A stretch of DNA of 32,000 nucleotides from Cuniculiplasma divulgatum (lineage in GTDB: Archaea; Thermoplasmatota; Thermoplasmata; Thermoplasmatales; Thermoplasmataceae). The stretch covers positions 150,001-182,000 of the forward strand of contig NZ_LT671858.1 of assembly GCF_900083515.1 (NCBI RefSeq), written 5' to 3'. The notes below the pieces were generated by a model. It ran no database searches, was not told where the DNA came from, and worked only from the letters and a program-made list of their open reading frames with translations. The stretch's first letter is position 1. Each line of letters opens with the position of its first letter. Shown in pieces: positions 24,936 through 32,000 of this stretch. The position numbers were made by a program, and so were the translations under genes.

Positions 24936-26791
24936 AGCTTTTCCTCCTGTAATTCGGGCAAAGTAAGCACTTTTACGTCTGGGTATTTCTCAACATACTT
25001 CTTTTTCTCACTCTGGTTTGGGACGATGATAATTGTTTCCTTGCCCTGTTTCTGATAATAGGCTATCCTGTCCTTGATGTCCGAGATATCGTTTTTAAGC
25101 CCTGTTTCAATCTCAAAAACATATTTATCGCTTTCAATATCTGCCGTGCTAATACCCGATGGTTGTATTTTCGGATTAATTCCCTTATGATAAATCACGT
25201 CCGCCGTTCGATTCACAAGATAAGTATGAAGCCCAGATGGATTTTCTCCGTTTCGGAAATAGATTTTTGTGTCTTTGATGTCAGGTTTATCATTTACAAA
25301 TTTTACGTTATTAACTTCCTTCACGTCTATTTTCTCTAATTTTAAAAGCATCGGCAATGTCTTACGATATAAAGTTAAACGATAATTCTCTCCCTCCCCA
25401 CCATATCTCTCGGCAAAACGCTTTCCCAAATCCTGTATATTTCCTGCCTGTGATAGAAATTCAAAGATAACTTTTTGATAGTCTATATCCTCCTTCCTCT
25501 CTTCCTCGGAACTCCCTTTGCCTTTGCTGTCATTATTGTTTATTGTAATCTCCTTCACGGAATATAACTTCGGTTTTGGGTTCTGCAATCTATATATTAT
25601 CACATATTGGTCGGGTCTATCCTGCCCGATGTCCGTAAACTCGTAAGTAGAGAGCATTTGAGCTACAACTTGGTGGAATAAATCACTAATGGCACTTACC
25701 TCGTCTAAATTCTCCTTGCCAGATTGTTTGAAGCTGAATTGTGTTTTACAGTTATCTAATGCCTGTCCTCGCAAATCCGCTATTCTTTGAGAAGCTAGTA
25801 TCATACTACCTTTTGCACCAATGAGAGCGGACATCTCTGGTATTATAGAAAACCCTGATTTTGTCAATAAATGAGCCTCGTCTATTACGAATAAAGTATT
25901 TTGCCTCTTGTTCCATACCTCTTTAGAGAGTTGATTAAGCAAGAACTCTGCATAGAATTTGAAAAATTGCATATCTACCTCGGTGTTCTCTGAACCCTCA
26001 AAATCAACTACACAAGTATTGGGTAATTCATAATTCAAAACATTTTCCCGATATATGATTGGCAAATTGTTCTGTATGAACTTTAATGCTCCTTTGGTAA
26101 TGCTTTCACTTTCGGATTTTAGCATATCCTCCAATATCTTTTTGAAATCTTGCCAATTTTTGCTCTTTTCCGCTATCTGCTTTACCTGACCTCTGACTGT
26201 TGAAGCGGTTATGCCCTGCATACTCGCGCTGATTGGAAATGCCGTTATAAACGCCCTTGCCACTGCCTCTGGACTTATAAAAACATTAGGAACTGCTTTG
26301 TGGATATAGAGTGTAGGATAGCCTAACCTTGTGTAATCATCTGTTGCCTTAAACATAAAAATTATTTTCTTTTCTTCTGATAAGGATTGGATTAATTTAT
26401 AGACCAATTGACTTTTACCTGAACGGGAAGCCCCCATAACTGCTATAATGCGATTATGTCCCTTTCTTTCGAGATATTCGTTTATGTCCATTTTCCCTTC
26501 ATATATTGTTTCTCTGTCCTTCTGCCAGCCCCTCCCGCTCTCGTCCTCGTGCCACGTTAGTTTTACATCTGCAATAGCTAAAATCTCATTCTGTATTTTT
26601 TGCGGGCTCACAAACTGCGCTCTCCATAGAATACTCAAAACAATACAAAAAATAATCCAACTCGTTATTACTGCCCCTACCAAAGACACGGGTATTAGAA
26701 GTATAGCCACGAGTAAAGCGAATAAGCCTGCCACACTCACAACTGCGACACGTCCGTGTTTACGTCTGGGGCGGCTAAATGCTTCCATCAT
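24932..26791 (-). CDS. Membrane-anchored FtsK/HerA/TraG-like P-loop ATPase with C-terminal wHTH-like and nuclease-like regions
   Basis: Two N-terminal TM helices (VAVVSVAGLFALLVAILLIPVSLVGAVITSWIIFCIVLSILW). Walker A is GASRSGKS, which I verified at nt 26411-26434 on the reverse strand. Walker B is LFVIDEAHLL. The C-terminal ADIESDKYVFEIETGLK looks like a PD-(D/E)xK motif. GGAGGTGA lies upstream of the ATG. Confidence 0.7.
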   Translation of the reverse strand: MMEAFSRPRRKHGRVAVVSVAGLFALLVAILLIPVSLVGAVITSWIIFCIVLSILWRAQFVSPQKIQNEILAIADVKLTWHEDESGRGWQKDRETIYEGKMDINEYLERKGHNRIIAVMGASRSGKSQLVYKLIQSLSEEKKIIFMFKATDDYTRLGYPTLYIHKAVPNVFISPEAVARAFITAFPISASMQGITASTVRGQVKQIAEKSKNWQDFKKILEDMLKSESESITKGALKFIQNNLPIIYRENVLNYELPNTCVVDFEGSENTEVDMQFFKFYAEFLLNQLSKEVWNKRQNTLFVIDEAHLLTKSGFSIIPEMSALIGAKGSMILASQRIADLRGQALDNCKTQFSFKQSGKENLDEVSAISDLFHQVVAQMLSTYEFTDIGQDRPDQYVIIYRLQNPKPKLYSVKEITINNNDSKGKGSSEEERKEDIDYQKVIFEFLSQAGNIQDLGKRFAERYGGEGENYRLTLYRKTLPMLLKLEKIDVKEVNNVKFVNDKPDIKDTKIYFRNGENPSGLHTYLVNRTADVIYHKGINPKIQPSGISTADIESDKYVFEIETGLKNDISDIKDRIAYYQKQGKETIIIVPNQSEKKKYVEKYPDVKVLTLPELQEEKL

Positions 26792-26793
26792 AA

Positions 26794-27006
26794 TTATATT
26801 TCACCTCCAATATTATTATGGGTTTCTCTATCCAGCAAATCCATCAAAATAGCGGTTGCACCGACAAGCTCCTCTCCTGAAACCACGTCTGGCAGAGATA
26901 AGAGAATTGGTAGGATGGGGGAATTTGGGAATTTCTTAGCAAAGCTATGTTTAAGGTGTTTTATTGATGTTTTTTTAACCAAAATCAAATCAACGTGTTC
27001 GACCAT
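26794..27006 (-). CDS. Hypothetical protein, 70 aa; first gene of the leftward operon
   Basis: The ORF ends 2 nt before the ATPase start and contains that gene's SD. No motif recognised. Confidence 0.4.
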   Translation of the reverse strand: MVEHVDLILVKKTSIKHLKHSFAKKFPNSPILPILLSLPDVVSGEELVGATAILMDLLDRETHNNIGGEI

Positions 27007-27040
27007 ACTTATCTATTTGTAATTCAATGAGAGAATATAT

Positions 27041-27484
27041 ATGGTTAATACCATTACTATACCTATGAGCATATATTTATCGTGGGTAGAATACTATTCA
27101 TGTGCTTACTGCGAGGAAATCATCAATACTATGCTATCTGCTGATAAGACAATGAGTCAATATAAGATTACTAAACTTGTAAAAAGTAAAATGAACTCAA
27201 AGACCGCAATAAAACATATTGAGGATTTAATTGACGTGGGGATTATAATTGATTATGGTGGTCCTGCTCTTCGGCTTTTGGAAGATATAAAATCAGTATT
27301 TTTAGAAACATCTTATGAACCATACGGGAAACCTGCTCGGAAAGGCATATTAGATTTTTCAAATGAAAACGATGTTGAATTATTGTCAGAAATTATAAAA
27401 GCTCAACACAAGAAACGAAAAAAAAGCTATGCTTTATGGTTTGATTACGCATTCTTATATGAAAAGTGTATGAAAAAGGACTAA
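27041..27484 (+). CDS. Putative winged-helix DNA-binding protein, 147 aa
   Basis: The segment MSQYKITKLVKSKMNSKTAIKHIEDLIDVGIIIDYG is HTH-like. The gene is divergent from the leftward operon, with a 34-bp gap, and is the only plus-strand gene in the element. Confidence 0.4.
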   Translation: MVNTITIPMSIYLSWVEYYSCAYCEEIINTMLSADKTMSQYKITKLVKSKMNSKTAIKHIEDLIDVGIIIDYGGPALRLLEDIKSVFLETSYEPYGKPARKGILDFSNENDVELLSEIIKAQHKKRKKSYALWFDYAFLYEKCMKKD

Positions 27485-28764
27485 AACCTCAACCTCATTA
27501 CCGCTTTTCCGTTCGGCAATACTGCTTCAAAGTCGTATCCATCGCTGATATATTGCTCTATTTCGTTTACAGGTATGACCTTCTGCTTCGCTCCGTTGTC
27601 GCTCATCGCACCTGCTACCTTGTCCCTTAACAACTGCTGAAAGTCCTCATTGCTCACGCTTGAAAGGTCTAACTTGTCTATCTCCTCCTGCTTGTAGCCC
27701 ACTGCCGATAAGAGCTGTTGCTGTAAGAATAGCTTTGCGTTGTCCTCTGAAACATCGGATATTCTCGTTTCAAGGAATTTTAAACACTTACGATAACTTT
27801 CCCTCATCTCCTCTATCATATCTGGCGGTAGCCTCTTATTTGTGCTGTATCTTGCCTCTATATCGCCCTTATGACCCATAATAAACTGCCTCCACGGGTG
27901 CGATATTAGACCTTTGCTCTCTGCGATGTCTAACGCCGTGCTGAAATATGCCCTTAAAACGTAAGGTCTCATCTTTAGACCTGCTGTGGTTATTGCCTCC
28001 CTGATATCCCTCGTTACCAACATAGTCCGCATAAAATCATTCTTCTTTGTGCCTCTTACATCAAATTGCAACAGTGGGGATTCATAAGTTAGCTCCTCTC
28101 CGTTCTTTTTTCTCTCCTCCAAATATTCCTTGATATACGTTATACCCTCCTCTCCAATGAAAGAAAAGTATTGGTTTCTTGCCTTGCTTAGCCTTGTCTT
28201 TACCATTATTGTGGCTGGAATCTTGGTGAATTCGATTTCATCTGAAATCTTAAGCTCTTTAATATCGCCTAATCGTAATCCATCTGTGCCCTCGTAATTA
28301 CCCAATGTTTCGGGTCTAAAGCCTGAAAATGCCATAATAGAGATTGATACCCTGCCTCTTGATGTCGCTTTTCTTAAAAGCCTGCTCAATTCTTCCTTGC
28401 TTGGCACTCTTTCGTTGTCTAACGTTGGACTTTCGTTTTCATTTGCTATATTTACATCTAACTTTATATCGATTCCATTAAATTTAGCCCAAGACCGTAA
28501 AACCTTTTTATATCTTACAATATATGACCCTGCTTTCCCCTCTTTCTCTAATCTTCTAACAAAATCCAAGAAATTATCTCTAAACTCTAACTTTTCCATA
28601 TCGGTTAGAAGTTGTTCAGGCGTAGTTTTCTCCAATTCACAATAGTAGCCTAAAGTCCTTCGGTAAACGGTTGCTGTAAGTATTGATTTAGCCTTTAGAT
28701 TCTCAAACCATCTTCTTATTTTCGGGTTTTCCATTAGGTTGTCATACTTCGGTTTATAGGTCAT
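27481..28764 (-). CDS. Tyrosine recombinase / integrase
   Basis: Catalytic-motif candidates are R in AFSGFRPETL, HPWR (HxxR), GHKGD and Y in EARYS. The gene is intact and starts 51 nt from the tRNA 3' end. Confidence 0.85.
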   Translation of the reverse strand: MTYKPKYDNLMENPKIRRWFENLKAKSILTATVYRRTLGYYCELEKTTPEQLLTDMEKLEFRDNFLDFVRRLEKEGKAGSYIVRYKKVLRSWAKFNGIDIKLDVNIANENESPTLDNERVPSKEELSRLLRKATSRGRVSISIMAFSGFRPETLGNYEGTDGLRLGDIKELKISDEIEFTKIPATIMVKTRLSKARNQYFSFIGEEGITYIKEYLEERKKNGEELTYESPLLQFDVRGTKKNDFMRTMLVTRDIREAITTAGLKMRPYVLRAYFSTALDIAESKGLISHPWRQFIMGHKGDIEARYSTNKRLPPDMIEEMRESYRKCLKFLETRISDVSEDNAKLFLQQQLLSAVGYKQEEIDKLDLSSVSNEDFQQLLRDKVAGAMSDNGAKQKVIPVNEIEQYISDGYDFEAVLPNGKAVMRLRF

Positions 28765-28812
28765 ACATCATATAGTCTAAAATCATAAATAAAGTATTCG
28801 TTTAATACTTAA

Positions 28813-28886
<74 letters not shown>

Positions 28887-29092
28887 TCGTCTGTGGATGT
28901 GATTATAGATAATTAGTTTTTTTATCAATGTCACTAATTTGATGAATTGAGTAAGGATAAGTCCCTCAACATTTATTTTGGTCAGATTCACCATAAGATT
29001 TCCTGTTATAGCATTAATGTAATTGAGAAACAACCTTATTGTTTGTATATATCTTTCATCTACAATTTTATATTGAATTGATATGTGCATTA

Positions 29093-29938
29093 ATGAGTGG
29101 TGTCATTATTGTACATGGTGGAGTTGGAGCCAAGGGAAGATCGCTGGAAGATATGAATGGTGTAGCTTCAAAAAGCAAAGATGACGATCCACTAAAAACT
29201 GTAGTGAATGCAGTAAGGTATATGGAGGATGATCAGAGATTCAATGCTGGAACAGGCTCAGTTATAAGAATAGATGGTTCCATACAGATGGATGCAGCTG
29301 TAGCTATTCCTGGTTCTTTTGGTTCAGTTATAAACATAGAGAGAGTGAAAAATCCGGTACTGGTTGCTCTCGATGTAATGGAAAAAACTCCGCACATAGC
29401 ACTTGCAGGTTCAGGAGCCATAGACTTTGCAAGAAGGTCTGGCTATCCAGACTATGATCCAGTAACAGAAAAGGCTAGAGTAGCGTATAAAAAGATGGTA
29501 GACGCCATAAAGGATAAAACAAATTCTGAAGAAAGGTACTCAACAATAAAGAAACTGATAGATGATGGCCTTGTGGAAGAGCCACATGATACCGTAGGTG
29601 CAGTGGCATATGTTAATGGAAAGTTCGCCGCAGCAGTTTCTACCGGAGGAGCTTCTCCAATGATGCCTGGAAGAGTAGGGGATGTACCACTAATAGGTGC
29701 AGGAATTTACTGTGGACTTAATGGTGCAGTGGTTGCAACTGGACTGGGTGAAGAGATAGCAAAAAAGCTTCTGTGTTACAGAATTTACTCAAGAATAGGA
29801 GAGGAACCCCTTAACAGGATACTAATGGAGGAAATAGACAACATGGAGGGAAAACTTGCAGGTGTTATTGCTGTTTCAAGAAATGAGTATGGTTTTTTCT
29901 CCAATGGAGCTATGCCAATAGACACAACTCAGTTTTGA
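29093..29938 (+). CDS. Isoaspartyl peptidase / L-asparaginase (Ntn-hydrolase, plant-type asparaginase family)
   Basis: N-terminal VIIVHGGVGA and the autoprocessing/nucleophile motif HDTVGAVA. The ORF track starts at TTG 29039; the in-frame ATG at 29093 (MSGVIIVHGG) fits the family N-terminus. Confidence 0.8.
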   Translation: MSGVIIVHGGVGAKGRSLEDMNGVASKSKDDDPLKTVVNAVRYMEDDQRFNAGTGSVIRIDGSIQMDAAVAIPGSFGSVINIERVKNPVLVALDVMEKTPHIALAGSGAIDFARRSGYPDYDPVTEKARVAYKKMVDAIKDKTNSEERYSTIKKLIDDGLVEEPHDTVGAVAYVNGKFAAAVSTGGASPMMPGRVGDVPLIGAGIYCGLNGAVVATGLGEEIAKKLLCYRIYSRIGEEPLNRILMEEIDNMEGKLAGVIAVSRNEYGFFSNGAMPIDTTQF

Positions 29939-30038
29939 TCTTTAAACTTTACAGTTATCTTATTTAAAAAGATGTGACAAATGTCATTTTTTTATGAAAA
30001 TTTATATTGAAAGAATACATGAATAGCAGTCTGGGAAT

Positions 30039-31097
30039 ATGGAGTTTGATAAATTTAAATTTATGCAATTCCCACGTGATATCTACGTGGGTCACGGCGT
30101 TTTACAGAGAATCAGTGAAGTAACTGAAAAAAATCTTAGAAATGGAAGAGTTTGTATAGTAACAGGTGAAAATACAATTAAGGTTGCAGGTAAGGAAATT
30201 TCAGACATGTTGTCAGACAGCTCCATAGACAATCAGATTATAATAGCGGGAGGTGCAGACGAAACAAACCTTACAAAGGTTACAGAACTTGCAAAGGACT
30301 ATGGTGCAGGAATGATCATTGGCGTTGGAGGTGGTAGCAAGATCGATCTGGCAAAGAAAACTGCATATTATCTTGGGGTACCACTCATAAGTGTACCTAC
30401 GACTCCAAGCCATGATGGTATAGCATCACCGCGGGCATCCATAAAGAGGAACGGCTGGTCCGTTTCTGAAGAAGGAGTAATGCCCGTATCCATAATAGCC
30501 GATACCTCAGTCATGATAAAGGTTCCATTCAGGTACCTTTCAGCTGGAGCGGCAGACGTAATTTCAAACGAAACTGCAATAATGGACTGGAAATTAGCGA
30601 ACAGAATAAAGGGGGAAGATTACAGCAGTAGTGCAGCTGCCATAGCAGAGTATGCTGCAAAGGAACTCATAGAAAAATCTCATTTAATAATGCCCGGCGT
30701 GGAAGAATCTGTCTGGCTGGTTACCAAACAGATACTTGCATCTGGCACTTCAATGGCAATAGCGGCTTCATCAAGGCCAGCGAGCGGAGGAGAGCATTTG
30801 ATTGCTCACGCTCTGGATATGATGGCACCCGGAAAAGCCATTCATGGGGAACAGGTCGCACTTGGATCAATAATAACTATGTTTCTGCATGGTGGGGACT
30901 GGAAGGGCCTTGCCGAAATATATAGAAATATCGGTATTAAAACCAGGGCAAGCGACTATGGTATAAGTGATACCGTAATGGTACAGGCCGTAAGAACTGC
31001 TCACAGGATAAGACCAGAGAGATTTACGATCCTTGGAGACATGGATCTGAGTTACAGCGCTGCTGAGAATGCCCTCAAAATAACCAATATAATTTAA
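30039..31097 (+). CDS. egsA: sn-Glycerol-1-phosphate dehydrogenase [NAD(P)+]
   Basis: 352 aa. The motifs GVGGGSKIDLAKK and VPTTPSHDGIASPRASI are characteristic of archaeal G1P dehydrogenase. Confidence 0.85.
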   Translation: MEFDKFKFMQFPRDIYVGHGVLQRISEVTEKNLRNGRVCIVTGENTIKVAGKEISDMLSDSSIDNQIIIAGGADETNLTKVTELAKDYGAGMIIGVGGGSKIDLAKKTAYYLGVPLISVPTTPSHDGIASPRASIKRNGWSVSEEGVMPVSIIADTSVMIKVPFRYLSAGAADVISNETAIMDWKLANRIKGEDYSSSAAAIAEYAAKELIEKSHLIMPGVEESVWLVTKQILASGTSMAIAASSRPASGGEHLIAHALDMMAPGKAIHGEQVALGSIITMFLHGGDWKGLAEIYRNIGIKTRASDYGISDTVMVQAVRTAHRIRPERFTILGDMDLSYSAAENALKITNII

Positions 31098-31115
31098 TAA
31101 AAGAAGGGAAAGTAA

Positions 31116-31568
31116 ATGGCAGCAAAAATATCCTTAATAGGATTAGATCAGGCGGAAGTGGGTCATGTATTCAGGTTTGTGCAACCGTTACAGACCTGTT
31201 CTGAATGCAAGATTAAAAATGTATGCTTTAATCTTGAACATGGTAAAAGATATAGAATAAAGGAAGTGAGAAAGCAACAGCATCCCTGTATGGTATTTAA
31301 TCACGACAAGGTAGCAACAGTTGAGGTCGAAGAGGTGGACGAGGATCTGGTTGTTGAATATGGAAACAAGATTCAGGAAGGCTCTACATTATCACTTAAG
31401 AGCAGGAAGTGCGATCACATAACCTGCGAATTCATAGAAAAGTGTAATCTCACATACTATGGTGACGAGGTAAAATTCAATATCAGGAAAATAATGCATA
31501 AGGTAGATTGCCCGAAAGGATACAATATGAAAATGATTGAGGCAAAGCTGGTAAACGGAAAGAATTAA
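31116..31568 (+). CDS. Conserved archaeal Cys-rich protein, UPF0179-like
   Basis: The N-terminus (ISLIGLDQAEVGHVFRFVQPLQTCSECKIKNVCFNLEHGKRYRIKEVRKQQHPCMVF...VATVEVEE) resembles the UPF0179 family pattern as I recall it. Confidence 0.55.
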   Translation: MAAKISLIGLDQAEVGHVFRFVQPLQTCSECKIKNVCFNLEHGKRYRIKEVRKQQHPCMVFNHDKVATVEVEEVDEDLVVEYGNKIQEGSTLSLKSRKCDHITCEFIEKCNLTYYGDEVKFNIRKIMHKVDCPKGYNMKMIEAKLVNGKN

Positions 31569-31576
31569 GAAAAATC

Positions 31577-32000
31577 ATGTCAGCAATTAAAATAGGCATA
31601 GCGGGAAAGCCAAACGCCGGTAAATCAACACTTTTTTCAGCCATCACAGGTACAATGGTTGCAATAGGAAATTATGCATTCACCACAACACAGCCTAATG
31701 ATGGGATTGGTTTTATGGATACTGTATGTCCGGATACTGAACTGGGTAAGCCATGTAATCCCAGAAGAGGAAGATGTGAAAACGGTACCAGATTCATACC
31801 CGTGGAAATGGTTGACGTTCCAGGATTAATAGAGGGATCAAGTGAAGGAAGGGGAATGGGCAACATGTTCATGGACGCGTTGAGAGATACCACTGCCATA
31901 ATCAACCTGCTGGATCCCATAAATGAAGAAAAGCAGATTCTGAGTCCAGAGGAACTGATTCACGATGCAGAATCAACTGAAAATGAAATAATGAGATGGT
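31577..32000 (+). CDS. Obg/YchF-family P-loop GTPase/ATPase; N-terminal part, runs off the right edge
   Basis: My own translation from the ATG at 31577: MSAIKIGIAGKPNAGKSTLFSAITG...YAFTTTQPN...DVPGLIEGSSEGRGMGNMFMDALR. G1, G2 and G3 motifs are all present. No stop occurs in the window. Confidence 0.8.
   Translation, partial: MSAIKIGIAGKPNAGKSTLFSAITGTMVAIGNYAFTTTQPNDGIGFMDTVCPDTELGKPCNPRRGRCENGTRFIPVEMVDVPGLIEGSSEGRGMGNMFMDALRDTTAIINLLDPINEEKQILSPEELIHDAESTENEIMRW

Overview
AT-rich archaeal chromosome, probably a Thermoplasmatales-like euryarchaeon. The archaeal assignment rests on glycerol-1-phosphate dehydrogenase, TrmB and Lrp regulators, a membrane-anchored ABC binding protein and a tRNA with no encoded CCA.

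Layout, left to right:
- 1-16.3 kb, ordinary housekeeping and transport genes: a TrmB regulator, a five-gene Opp/Dpp-type ABC importer divergent from a clan GH-A glycosidase, MFS transporters, two oxidoreductases, a Pho84-like phosphate transporter, an Lrp regulator and a TDT-family transporter.
- 16.5-20.7 kb, an accessory block that I read as a previously undescribed RiPP-like cassette. It has two tandem SagB/ThcOx-type nitroreductase-fold paralogues, each with an N-terminal domain that looks like a peptide-recognition (RRE/PqqD-like) domain. It also has an EntS/MFS_3-type exporter and an overlapping GNAT. An unannotated divergent 23-codon ORF (MTDAEFVVEEVSLDMPAAKQNGG) carries a TATA box, a perfect GGAGGTGA Shine-Dalgarno and an oligo-T terminator. 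No YcaO/cyclodehydratase is present.
- 20.85-21.46 kb, a strikingly GC-rich non-coding block packed with C-GAA-G mini-hairpins, an 18-bp long-range inverted repeat and three copies of a palindromic motif.
- 21.46-28.8 kb, an integrated plasmid/virus-like element with higher GC than its surroundings. It carries a tyrosine integrase next to tRNA-Val(GAC), a membrane-anchored FtsK/HerA-type ATPase and a long chain of translationally coupled small genes, several below the ORF-track cutoff.
- 16481-16492, a 12-nt exact copy of the tRNA 3' end, which suggests the whole 16.5-28.8 kb stretch is a composite island.
- 29-32 kb, housekeeping genes again: asparaginase, egsA, UPF0179 and a YchF-like GTPase.

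All functional calls come from reading motifs by eye; no database search was possible.
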